Shown piece by piece: positions 1 through 12,739 of a stretch of DNA of 64,000 bases. Below the pieces are notes generated by a model, which was given only the letters and a program-made list of their open reading frames with translations, had not been told where the DNA came from and did not search any database. The stretch's first letter is position 1; each line of letters starts with the position of its first letter. The position numbers and the translations under genes are program-made. Source of the stretch: Camelus dromedarius (lineage: Eukaryota); contig NC_087437.1 in assembly GCF_036321535.1 (NCBI RefSeq), forward strand, positions 51,338,001 to 51,402,000, given 5' to 3'.

Positions 1-2400
1 ACTGCTGTCTCTTTCCTCAGATCTGTTAATATTTGCTTTATATATTAAGGTGCTCCAATGTTGGATACACAAATATTTACAACTGTTATATCATTTTGAT
101 GAACCGACTCCATTACTATTATATAACGACCTTCTTAGTCACTTGTTACAGTGTTTGGCTTAAAGACTACTTTGTTTGATACAGCTACCTCTGTTTTCTT
201 TTGGCTTCCATTTGCATCGAGTACCTTTTTCCATCCTTCACTTTCAGTCTATGTGTGTTCTTAAAGGTTACATAAGTCTGATAGGCAGCATATAGTTGGG
301 TCTTGTTTTTCATTCATTCAACCAATCTATGTCTTTTGACTCTAGGATTTATCCCACTTACATTTAAAGTAATTATAGACAGGTATGAAATCACCATTGC
401 CATTTTGTTAATTATTTCTGGTTGTTTTGTAGTTCCTCTCTTCATCTCTTGCCCTTTTTTTTGTGATTTGATGATTTTATGTAGTGGTATGTTTTTATTC
501 CTTTCTATTTATCTTTTGTGTATCTGCTATAGGTTTTGCTTTGTGGTTACTGTGAGGTTTACATAAAACATCTTAGAGTTATAAGATGTTATACATACAC
601 ACACACACACAATGGAATACTACTTAGCCATAAAAAGAATGAAATTTTGCCATTTGCAGCAACATGGATGAACTTAAGAGGGTATTATGCTAAGTGAAAT
701 AAGTCAGACAGGGAAAGACAAATACTGTGTGATATCACTTATATGTGGAATTTAAAAAATAAAACAAACTAGTGAATATAACAACAACAAAAAAAAACAG
801 GCTTACAGATACAGAGAACAAACTAGTGGTTACCAGTGGGGAGAGAGGAGGGGGAAGGGGCAACATAGAGGTAGGGGATTAAGAGGTACAAACTATTACA
901 TATAAAATAAACTACAAGAATATATTGTACACAATGAATATAACTATAAATGGAGTATAACTTTAAAACCTGTGAATAACTATGTTGTATACCTATAACT
1001 TATATAATATTATACACCAACCAGATTTCAATTTTTAAAAACAGGGTTTAAAAAAGCTCTACACTTTGATACTCTCTCCCTCCACATTTTATGTTTTTCA
1101 TGTCACATTTATATCTTTTTCATATTGTGTAGTCACTAACAAATTATTGTACGTATTTGTAATACTTATGCCTTTTAATCTTTATAATAATCAGTGATTT
1201 ATCCATGACTATTATAATATTAGAGTATTCTAAATTTAACTGTATATTTACTTTTCCCAGTAAATTTTACACTTTCATATGTTTTCATGTTACTAATTAG
1301 CATCTTTTCATTCCACCCTATAGGAAAAGATATGTAAGACAAATACTAATTAAACATAAGCTGGAATGCTTCTATCAATATCAGACTAAATTGTCATTAA
1401 GACAATAACAATTATTTAGAATAAAGAGAATCTCTACATAATGATAAAATATTTAATCACTTAGACGATATAAACATGATAAACTTGAATGCATCTCATA
1501 AAATGGCCTCAAAAATCTATAAAGTGAAGATGAAAATAATTACAAAGAGAAAGTGACAGTTCTATTATTGTAGTGGGAGATTCAACACATCTCAATGTGA
1601 TAACACATTAGTGAAAAAATAATAGACTTTAACCATACAATTAAATTAGATTTAACAAGAATATATAGAACTCTACACTTGGAATATTTACAAAAATTAA
1701 CTATGTATAGACTATAAAGTAAGTCTCAAAATTTGGTAGCAATCAGACTGTGTTCTCTGAAATTATTATTATTAACAAACACTTGCATGGTGCTGATTAT
1801 GTACCAGCATTGTTCTAAGCATTTTCTAATTATCACTTCATTTAACCCTCATAACAACATGATGAGGTAAGAGTTATTACTATCATCCATCTTCTAGATC
1901 AAGAAACTGAGGCAAACAGGTTAAGTAACTTAAGTAACATACCCAAGATCATACAGCTTATAAATGGCGGACCTGGGATTTGCACTGAGGGAGTCCAGCT
2001 TTAAAGTTCATACGCTTAATCACTTTTTTGTGCTGCCTCTTAAGTCACAATTAAACTAGAAACAAATATCAAAAAATAATCCTCCTCCTCTTCTATTAGA
2101 CTAAAAAGTATGCTTCTAAATAACTTATAGGTCAAAAATCAATAAATAATTGAGTTTTTAAAATTTCTTAGAATTGAAACTAGTGCGTAACAAAACTTGA
2201 GGGAGATAAACATTCCAAAGGAAATGTACTGCTTTAAATAGATACTTAAGGAAAGAAGAAAGGATGCAATAATTCTAGGAAGTATAAAAGTAACATATAG
2301 CAACACATCAGTGGTTTCCTGGGGTCAGATGGGATGGGGAAGGGCAGGGGGGAGGGGTTACAAAGGGAAACAAAGAAAATTTGGAGGATGATGGATATGT
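1..2400. mobile_element. Mosaic of L1 fragments (antisense 1-580 and 1050-1320, sense 3' end about 590-1045, old ORF2 remnant) with a MIR at about 1775-2040
   Basis: L1 3'UTR motif AATGGAATACTACTTAGCCATAAAAAGAATGAAATTTTGCC; MIR core GAAACTGAGGCAAACAGGTTAAGTAACTT. Confidence 0.7.
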
Positions 2401-2433
2401 TCATTATCCTGAACTTGTCAAAGTGGAGTCTTT

Positions 2434-2566
2434 CTTAAAATTTTTTTTGGAGGAGAGGTAATTAGGTTTTTACTTATTTATTTGTTCTAATGGAGGTACT
2501 GGGGATTGAACCCAGGAGCTCATGCATGCTAAGCATACATTCTACCACTGAGCTATACCTTCCCCC
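2434..2566 (-). mobile_element. tRNA-derived SINE (Vic-1-like, camelid type)
   Basis: A box TAGCTCAGTGG, B box GGTTCAATCCC on minus strand; TSD CAAAGTGGAGTCTTT 2419-2433 / 2567-2581. Confidence 0.85.
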
Positions 2567-3942
2567 CAAAGTGGAGTCTTTAAACTGTTTATTTTATGCC
2601 AATTATACCTCAATAAAACAACTTTATAAATGTGTGCATAGGGGAAAAAACATAAATGTTACATATGAGTGTAAAGTGAAAAGTAAAAGTCCCCTCCTAC
2701 CACCACTAATGTCTTTGAAGTCTTCCATAAGGGACTTCCCAAGCATATCCAAACTCCCATTCCTCCAAGGAGGTAATAACTGTTCTAAATTTTATATTTA
2801 TTATTCTCTTACTTTTTGTTTCCACTTTACTGCCTATTACATATTTTAAACAATCTGTTGTTTAAATATATATATCCTAGAATATATATACAGGCTATAT
2901 CATATCATACTGGATATATTTTGCACCTTGTTTTTATTATTCAATATTATGCTTTTGAGATTTAACCGTGTTGATAGGTAAGGTAAAGTTAATTCAACAC
3001 TTTGCTGCATAACAGCATTCCATTATATAACTATGTGCACTAATACTGTAGCCACCAGCCACGTGTGGCTATTGAGCACTTTAGTTCATCTGAATTTTGA
3101 TAGCCACATGTGACTAGTAGCTATGTATTTAACAGTGCTCTGCTAGAGTATATACCCAGGAGTAGAACTGCTGGTTCTTACAATGTGCACATATTCTATT
3201 TTAGGAAATCATAGCAAATTGCTTTCCAAAGTGTTTTTACTCCCACTCACAGTGTGTAGGAGTTTCTGTGGGTCTACAACTTCACCAACACTTCTAGTAT
3301 CAAGCTTTTAAATTTTTGCCATCTATTGAGTCTTGTATCTATTGAAATTGTATCTTCTTGTGGTTTTAAGTTCATTTACTTTCCACAATTGTAAATGAGG
3401 TTGAGTATCTTCTTATTGTTTATTGATTGTGTTTCCTCTTCTATAAAATGCCAGTCCATGTCTTCAGCCTATTTTCCTAATGGATTGGAGTTTTTGTTAT
3501 TGTTTTATTCATAGGTATGTTTTATATTCTTTCTATTATCATTTTATCAGTTATATGTGTTGCAAACATATTTTCCCAGTTTGTTACTTGACTTACCATA
3601 TTTAGTGTCCTTTAATGAACAAAAGTTTAAAATTTTCAACATTGCTGAATTTATGCTTATGAGTTTAGGGTGTTAAGAAATCCTTGCTTGAAATTTGAAA
3701 CTTCTAAAAATACAGAAAAACTGGATCATTCACACCTTGCTAGTGATAATGTAGAATGGTACTGCCACTCTGGAAAAGAGTATTGCAGTTTCCTTAAAAA
3801 AAAAACTGTACATGCAAATACCATATAACCCAGCAATTGCACTTCTGGGTGTTTATTTCAGAAGACTTGTGTTCACACAAAAACTGGAACGCAAATGTTT
3901 CTAGCAGCTCTATGCATAATAGACAAAAACTGAAAACAACTC

Positions 3943-4797
3943 TGTGAAGAAAAATATATTTGGTCTCTGCTCCCAGTTCCTGACACAGAGTTCCTAAAAC
4001 CCTAGTAATTTCCTGAGTGACAGGGGTGTTAGGAACATCTTTTGTTCTAGTATTTAGTCTTTGATCCTGGTTCCTGACATAGACCTCCTAAACCCCTTGG
4101 GGTTCCCCGGATGATAGGAGCACTTTTTGTTCTCATGAGGTGACTCTCGGTGGACTCATGGACAGCTGCAGGATGGGTGCTGGTCACCAGAAAGACCAAG
4201 CCATGATTAGAAACTTGAGACTTCCAGCTCCAATCCCCAGCCTCTACAGAGTGGAGAGGGGCTGGAGATTGAGTTGGTAAGTGATCATGCCTATGTAATG
4301 AAGCCTCCATAGGAAATCCCTGCATTATGGAGTTTGGAGAGCTTCTGGATTGGCAAACACAGCTACATGCTGGGGCTAGGAGGGTGGTGCATCCCAACTC
4401 CACAGAAGCTCTGGCACTCAGGACCTTTCCAGACCTCGCCCTGTATATCTTTTCATCTGGCTGTTTATCTGTATCCTTTATTATGCACTTTATAATAAAC
4501 CAGTAAACAAAAGTATTTTCATGAGTTCTGTGAGCCACTAAAGCAAATTGTCAAACCTGAGGACGGGGTTATGGGAACCGCCAATTCATAGTCAGTTGTT
4601 CAGAATTATGGGAAGCTTGGGTTTGTGACGTGTCTGAAGTAGGGAGCAGTCTTGTGGGGATGAGACTTTTACCTGTGGGGTCTGCACTAACCCTGGGTAG
4701 TTAATGTCAGAATTGCTTGATGTGAGGGGGGAAACCCCACATATTTGGTGTTTGAAGTCCTGTGGGTAAAATAGAGGAAATAAGTGTTTTCCCTTAA
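3943..4797. mobile_element. Solo LTR, MER21-like, splitting an L1MC-type 3' end (3715-3940 and 4800-5160)
   Basis: Begins TGTGAAGAAAAATATATTTGGTCTCTG, internal repeated GTTCCTGACAYAGA...CCTAAA motif, AATAAA; flanks rejoin as L1 3'UTR. Confidence 0.7.
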
Positions 4798-6113
4798 AAC
4801 TTAGAAGTCCTTTACCAGTTAAACAGATAAACAAATGGTGGTACATCGACACCATGGAATACTACTCAGCAATGAAAAGGGGGTGGGTACTGATATGTGT
4901 AACAATCTGGATGGAGCTGCAGAGAATTTTGTTGAGTGAAAAAAGCCAATCCCAAAAGGTTATATCTGTATGATTTGATTTGTATAACATCCTTGAAATG
5001 ACAAAAGTATAGAAATGGAGAACAAATGAATGGTTGCCAAGTGGTGGAGTGAATGGGGAAGGAGGTGGTTGTAGCTATAAAAGGGTGACATGAAAGATCC
5101 TGGTGTTAATGTTCTGTACCTTAAGTGTATCAATATCAAGTGATTGTGGTATCTCAATATAGCCCAGCTCAAAGGTTTTCAACAAAGTGAGTGTGAATCA
5201 GAACCATCTGGGGAGCTTTTAAATAAACACACAGCCCTCCACTGGAGTGGGATGGTGTGAGTGCTGGTATTTTAAAAAAGCTTATCAAATGATTTTGCTA
5301 CTCACACACATTACTTGATGGTGCCAGGGTGCAGGTCCTTAGAGACATTAGATAAAGAAGGATAAGCAGGAGAGTCCTGTTTTAGGGGAAATGGCAAAAT
5401 AAAGGATTAGATTGGGGGAAACTGGATAGAGGAAACCTTGTGAAGAAGCTATTCCCATAGTACAGATGAGGGATGATGCAGATCTGGATGGTGGTGCTAG
5501 CTGCAGGGACAGGATTCTGTTAGGTTTATGTCACAAAAAAGGAGCTTACCTTCTCAAGCAAGCATCTTAACCAGTACTGACAGTAATCCCTAATGTCCAT
5601 AGCTGGGTAAAGGATATATTTTTAGGTCTGCAATAAAATAATTACATGGTCTTGCCTTGCAAAATTAGCAAGTGTCCCCACCACAAGAGAGAATACCCAT
5701 CCCCTTCCCAGGGGTCCACTCCCTTTCTCTGAGGCACATTTAGTTCCAGAAGGACCTGATGAGACCCTTTATCAATGACCTCACCTGCCCCATCTCCCAA
5801 GTCCCGCATTTTCTCTGAAAGGTCCTTGTAACTCAGGTTCAAAACCACCTATCTAGACAAGGCTGCTAAACAGATACTTCTCTCCTAGACTTGGCCCAAC
5901 TTCCTCTCCTCCTGGAGACCAGAAAGCACACCTGGACAGAGTCAGAGCAGGACACTCTGCTGTGACCTCTCTGGCCACAGCCTCTCACCAAGGAGTGGTC
6001 ACCTGTCATGAGCAGTATTCAAAACCAGGAACCAAGGTGTGGTCCAGACTCCTTTAAGCTCCAGGGTTTGGGGGCTCCAGGTGAGTCCCCAGAGAAGAGT
6101 CCAGAAGAAGAGG

Positions 6114-9100
6114 ATGGAAGGGGGGTGGTCTGCCATCGGAGGGTGGGGGCAGATTCCTCGTCTGCCTCATTGTCAGCCCTATGCTTCAAGGTAAGATGGG
6201 GAGAGAACAGGGAAAGATAGGAATGCTTTTCTGGGAAAAATCTGAAAACCCTCTCATCCCCAGAACTAGAAAGCATCTAAAATAGCTGGGTTAAACACTT
6301 CCTTTCTATGTAGTATCTACGTTTTGTCTTCCTTTGGGGACAGATGAAAAACCCCTCTCACTGATCGATACACGCAGCCCCTTCTTATTTGCCTGCATAA
6401 GTATCAACCAACTTGTCTATTCTCCCATTTTACCACCTCTCTGATCCCATCCCTTTATGATGTTCAACTTTCCCTTTCTACCAAGATTAGTAACTATGAA
6501 CAGGGTAGCTTGGGTCCTGTTGACAGTAACATAATTCCTTCCCCACCTTACTTGGGGAGATCTTGTAGAGGAGGGGATGTGGAGGGGAAAGGATGACATT
6601 TGCTTCCCCTGAGATATGTTTCTCCTTAGTTTGGAGGTGTGCCTTGTGCAGTAAGTGGTATAGGGGAACAGTAAAAGAGACACGAGAACGGGAGAGAACT
6701 TGCTGGGCTATGACTACAGGAATAGCCACAGAGGCATCTGGGCTTGGGGTGCAGGCGAGGTGGCCAGAAGGGCTTTTACGTTTCATCATCCAGCTCCATC
6801 AACCACATAGTGGATGATCAGTGACGTCTTGTCAAGCTGAAGATGCTGGAAATGCCTCCCACAGATCTTGGAGGAAGTCATTGGATTGAAGAAGGTCACA
6901 GAGCACAGAACACTGTAAGTAGTCAAGAAACTCACACTGAATATTACATTCCTTAAGTCCCCACCCATATTACACCACACTCATGTTTACTTCTCTCCAA
7001 ACTTTTCCTTTAGGAAATGAGAAAACATGAAAGTGGGAAGGGAATATTGAGAAACAAAATTTTAGGGGAATTTTGTTGGTGTCTGTGAGGTAGAATCATA
7101 AGCTAGAGAGAAAAAAGCATGGTCAGACAAAACCAAAACTTTAGAGTTAAGACTATGAAAGGCACAGGCCTCCCTAGAGAGGCTGTTTGCATACAGATAT
7201 GGGTAGGCCTATATGGGAGCAAAAGCACAGGAAGAATGGTCTGAGCCCTGACTCAGCTCACCACATCGACTTCCACCATTTGCCTACCAGCCCAGCCCAT
7301 CCTCCCCAGCCTTGGCAGGAAGAAAGTAGCCTTTGTTAGTCTTGGCCCAGGAAGGAGGGGCTCACATGCTCACCCCATGCCTACATTTTGTTTCTCTGAA
7401 GAGAGATTCTCAGGCCCCAGCCCTGGCATTCCTCTCACTTAGAAAACACAAAAACCCTATTCCATCTCACAGGGTCTCTGCTCTCTGCAGGAAAGGCAAA
7501 CACTTTCACCATCAATTGCTCAGCTTTGACCAGCATGGGGTAGACCCTGCTGTCTTCCAGGCTATATTTAACCAGAAGGACTTCTGTCCAGTCATCAACT
7601 ATAGCATCTCCACTCACGTCAACATCTCCCTCACCCTGTCTGCCACCCTGGAAGTGGCGAGTTTGGACTCCTACATTCTTCCCATAGGCTGCTAACAGGA
7701 AGCAAGAACCCTGTCAGCCCAACATTGCACCTGTCCGGTGGTGAGCAGTGAGTTCCCTGAATGGATTCTATACAAGCTAGATGTTCACCTTTGGGGTGGA
7801 GGGACATGAAGGGGAATGCTGCAGTGACATTTCTGTAGGGACCATTTGTCCTTGAGTCTTGCTCTTATGGGAATAACCTATTAAAAAACAGATTCCCAGT
7901 GGGCTCCCCTGCTGTTTTTTCCCTCCATTCTCTATACAACCTGCATTTTTCTGACCTTTCTTTTGGGACTTGCAATTGAAAAGCTGAACTGTCACAGGGG
8001 ACCACTTAGGAAACAAAGGTAAGGGGTAGACTAGGACCTAATTTCATGACAGTAATGATCCTGGATGGGTATTCTTTTTTGTCAGTATGCACAACTTCAG
8101 CTGCGGACGTCATTTCTGTGGTTAAAGTTGGTATGTAAGCTCAGCTTTCTTCTTCCCTCTTTCTCCTTGTCTGATTTTCTGGCTCTGTTTGCAAAAATCA
8201 CATTTTGTTGAAATTGACAGGGCCCAAGAGAATACCAAATCCAACCAGAATGGGGCTAGTGCTGGTGACAAATTGCTTTCTGGAATGCCAATCAACTTTG
8301 AAAGACAGATGGATAAAACAGGAAGGAGGGCAATACAGTTGGAAGCCCCTAAATCAGCTTCAAGTCCCAAATGTATCTAGCACTTAGCTTAAGAGTCCCT
8401 TTGAGCAGGAAGTGAAAGGCCAATAAGATTTTGTTAGCCAGAGAAGAGGGACATTATCACCAGAAAGGGAAGAGGAATCAGAGTTTAAAAGGAAATGTGG
8501 TTTAATAAACAAACAAACAAACAAACAAAGCACAATGCATAACAATGTGCACAGTATGATTCTATCTGTATAAATAAAAATGAATACTGGAATATCTGTT
8601 TTTTTCCTAGAATGATATACAAGAAACTGTTAGTATTGGGACTGAGTTGGGGGTATGAATTGAGTTGGAGTGAACTGAGGAGGCAGAAAATTACTTTTCA
8701 TATTATACCTTTCTGGAATGGTTGAAGTTTTATCATACACCCATAGTACATACATTTAGAAAAAAAGTACATACATATGTATGTATTTTTAAGGGACTGG
8801 AAGGGCAGGAGATATTGACATAAACTAGCTCCAGGTTTCAGATATAACCATCCCTTTGGGCCCTGTGCTCTAGATCTGGAGTCACCCATCTATCAGCTGG
8901 GACCCAGAAGAATGTGGTGATATCAACAAACTCACTGTGACAGCTGAGAACCTGTGGCTCCCAGACATCTTCATTGTGGAATCATGGGTATCAGGGCGGG
9001 GGAGAGCTGGGGGAAGACCCTTCTGCAAGGAGCAGGCCAGAGCAATGCAGGGCAAACCCAGGCACCTGGGCCACTGAAAACTTATTTCAGGGAGGAGCAC

Positions 9101-11189
9101 AATTGCAGCTCATCAACTTATCCCCTAGAAATGAGAAAGCAGTAGGCAGAAGAGATGGTGGAGTGGCAACATGGGAAAGTACTGCCTTAACGGCAAAATT
9201 TAAACTGATGTGAAACCCAGAGCATCTGCCTCCCTTCCTTTCTGTTACTTACCATGGATGTGGATCAGACCCCGGATGGCCTCTCTACATATGTGACGAT
9301 TGACGGTTGCATTGCATATAACAAACCAATGCGGGTGACCAGCATCTGCAGCCTGGACATCTTCTACTTTCCTTTTGACCAACAGAACTACATGCTCACC
9401 TTCAGCTCTTTCCTCTACACAGGTGAGTTGCAGTGGGGGTTCTCACATGGGGTAAAAAATGAGGTCAACCAGTGGGACAACAAAAAAGCACACAGAAGTC
9501 TTTTTTTTTAATGCATAAAAAAGGGACAGAGGAGTATTTGCTAAATGAGGGTGTGTGGATGGTGGGGTGGGAAGGAGTTGAACATAGGAGGGGACAAGAC
9601 TTCCTGAGAAAGCCCAGAATTGAAAGGAGGCAATTGGGCAGCAAGGAAGTCATGTTAGTGGGCAATCTCTCTCAGAGTGGGTGCTGAACAGATGTGTGCC
9701 AAGTGAGTGTTTGTCTCCCCTGCAGTGGAAAACATGTTGCTGGGCATGGACAAGGAAGTGTGGGAGATAACGGACACCTCGCGTGACAGTGGCCACACAC
9801 AAGGGGAGTGGGAGCTCCTGTGCATCTACAAGGCCACCCCGAAGATGTCTGTGGGCTCCAGTTTTTTTGACCAGATCATGTTCTGTGTAAGGCCAGAGAT
9901 TCTGGCATGGCTGTCCACCACCATACCTCTCTCATTAGACCCCTCTAAGTCCCAGAGCCTCCCACTTCTCGCCCTAAGACCAGAAAGCCCCTAGGCACCA
10001 TTACCCTCACAGCCTTCCTCTCTCTCGAGTCCCCCAAAGCAGCCCTCCTCTCTGAATCTACCAGCTCTGGCCTAAGTTTTCTTTGGTGAGTATGGGGAGT
10101 CCTGTTAGCCATATGAAAGCTGCTCCTCATCCAGCCCCAGAAAGAGCCCTGTTTGGGTGAGGACATCAAGGAAGGAAGGGGTGGAATCATCCCCTTGGTC
10201 TCCTTTTATTCCTAGCCTCCCCTGGCTCAGTGCTCTCTCCTCCCCACAAGGTGGCCATAAGGCACAGGCCCACCCTCTACGCTATCAACTTTCTGGTGCC
10301 CAATAGTTTTCTGATGGCCATCGACACCCTCAGCTTCTTCCTGCCAGCCGAAACTGGGAACTGTGCCCCATTCAAGATGACACTTCTGCTGGGCTACAAA
10401 GTCTTCCTGTCCACGATGAGCAACTTACTCCCTGCCAGTGGCACCTCCCTCCTCAGTATGGTCCCCATCCCACTGTTGGAAAAAGGAAAAAAAGGAGGCA
10501 GGGTAGGCAGGTGAACTGGCTAGATTGGCAGAGGCAGCTGAGGCAAAGCGAGAAAGTGGTCACCTTAGAAAAGGCTCTCTGTGTAAGACAGAGGAAAGAG
10601 GGGCTTGGTGGTTCCTCTGGACCTAAGTCACTCAGTGTACGCCTTCCTGCCACCCAAGTGTCTACTTTGCCCTGTGTCTGTCGCTAATGGTGGTCAGCCT
10701 GCTGGAGACCATCTTCATCACCTACCTGCTGCACCTGGCCACCACCCAGCCCCCACCCATGCCTCGCTGGCTCCATTCCCTGCTTCTGCGCTGCACCAGC
10801 CCAAGGAAGTGCTGCCCCATTGCTCTCTGGAAGGAAAATGTGAGCCCAGGCCTTACACCCACCCACCTGCCTGGTAAGGGAAGTCTGCACTGGCCACACT
10901 CCCTGCACTAGGCCCAACTTCCCAGTCCCTCACTTCTCTAATCCTGCCTCCTTCCCACTTCATGGCTGAGTCTGTCTTCTCCACAGGACAGAAGGCGCCG
11001 GGGGAGCTAGGAGGGAAGGAGCTGGGATCCAGAGAGGCAGAGCCGAATGGGGGCTCAGGACTGACAAGGGCCCAACTAGCTGACTGGTGGATGCAGTTCA
11101 GCCGCGTGATGGACACCCTGCTCTTCCGCCTCTACCTGCTCTTCCCGGCCACCTTCATCACCACGGTCATCGTCCTCCAGAACACCTAG
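6114..11189 (+). pseudogene. HTR3C: 5-HT3 receptor subunit C-like gene, degenerate (HTR3C or HTR3C2-type paralog), 9 exons
   Basis: Exons by alignment to the paralog in this window: 6114-6190, 7491-7656, 8086-8130, 8874-8983, 9253-9422, 9726-9886, 10251-10455, 10658-10873, 10987-11189. Peptides [64 protein letters not shown] are HTR3C-like. Lesions: frameshifts in exons 1 and 2, GC donor 7657, AT donor 8984, AC acceptor 9251-9252, AA acceptor 10656-10657, Cys-loop C>Y. Exact orthology (C vs C2 vs D-like) is uncertain. Confidence 0.8.
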
Positions 11190-11468
11190 CAGCAGAGTTC
11201 TAACAGTGCAAGAACACTCGGTGTTCAGGTTTCCTCGGCTTCAGCTGATCATCCCAGACCCTGTTCCTCTGCTCCAGTCTCCGTACAATGGTCCCAAATG
11301 TGTCCACAATCCTTTCTCCAGCCCTCCTTGGGCTTACACAGAACCACTGCTGCAGACTCTCAGAAATGACATTATATTTCCAGAAAACAATGAATTCAGA
11401 GTATTTATGTGATTACATTAGAAATATAATTTTTACTGGAAAAGGAAGGCTTTATAATAAAGACTACA

Positions 11469-11590
11469 GGGGGAAGGTATAGCTCAGTGGTGGAGTCTGT
11501 GCTTAGCATGATGAGGTCCTGGGTCCAATCCCCAGTATCTCCATTAAAATAAAATAAAAAAACTACCACCCCCAAAAAACTTAAAAATTA
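11469..11590 (+). mobile_element. tRNA-derived SINE (Vic-1-like)
   Basis: GGGGGAAGGTATAGCTCAGTGG...GGGTCCAATCCCCAGT, A-rich tail. Confidence 0.85.
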
Positions 11591-12739
11591 AGGCTATAAA
11601 TATTCACTAAAAAAGTAACTCATGTTACTGGAGTAGGGATGAAATCTCTGTTTAAAAATAGGCTAAAATATTTATTATTTTAACAAATATTATTGAGCAT
11701 TTGCTAGGCACTATTCTGAATTCTGAGGGTACAGCAGTGAACCAAACTGGCAAAAATCTCTATCCACAAGAGCTTACACTGAGGGTGGGTGGAGACAGTA
11801 AAGAAGATGGCAAGTGAAACAGAGTATGTGCTAAGCACCAAGGAGAAAAAGCAAATCAGGGAAGGCAGAACGGGAATATAGGGAGGGGGCTGCAAGTTTA
11901 GGAGGGTGGCTGGGCTGGCTCCTGTGCATTATGCCACAATAATGCCAGCTGGAGGCTGTTGTAACCCAGTCTTTCATGGGAGGCTCTGAGGTTATGTAAC
12001 TTGTCCAAGGTCATGCAGTTCTTGCTATTTTTAGTTGTTTTTTTGGCGGGGGATAGGCTTCAGGTATGCTTTTAATGAACGTTTATTGAGCCCAGGTGAG
12101 GTTATAAACAAATGTCCTTGGGTAACCCTACTAGAGACTTGCAGAATCGAGCACAAGGCCTGTCCTCAAAGAGCTTGCGGCACAGCTGAAGAAATAAAAT
12201 ACATATGGTAAATGATTTCAATTAAATGTAGAACATGTTTTTAAAATTTTGTTGTGTGCCATGAAAGAGAAACTGCTATAGAGGTGAGGAGAAAGGATTC
12301 TTCTAGCTGGAGCAATCCTGGCTGCATGTCAGAATTATCTGAGGAGATTTTAAAAAAAATCCTAATGCCCAGGCTTCACCGCAGACCAATTAAATCAGAA
12401 CTTTGGCAAGTGCCCTGGCTTTGGTATGTCTGACTGCTCCCCATGTGATCATGTGCAGCCAGAGCCGGAACTACTGAGCTAGGGGTTAGGAGAGCTTCAT
12501 GCGGAGGAGGCAGTGAGCAGAATGTGTGAACAGATGGAGGGATGTGACTGGTCACAATATACCTCCGGGGTGACATTTAGGCAAAATCACAGCAAATGGG
12601 CCTCATGGGATCCAGGGGTTTGTGTGGCAGTGAATAGTGGGATCCAAGCAGAATCCCAACACGCTCATTCTCGTAGTACTCAGGCGGCTCAAGTGTCCAG
12701 AACAAACTCATAAAACCATCTGCCAGAAATAGCCCCCAG

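Noticed and set aside
2490..2849. 119-aa ORF MEVLGIEPRSS
   Set aside because: Starts within an antisense SINE.
4047..4538. 163-aa minus-strand ORF
   Set aside because: Lies inside a MER21-like LTR; no recognisable domain.
8984..9252. U12-type (minor spliceosome) intron
   Set aside because: Donor is ATGGGT, not ATATCCTT; the paralogous intron is ordinary GT-AG; the CCTTAAC is about 60 nt from the 3' end.
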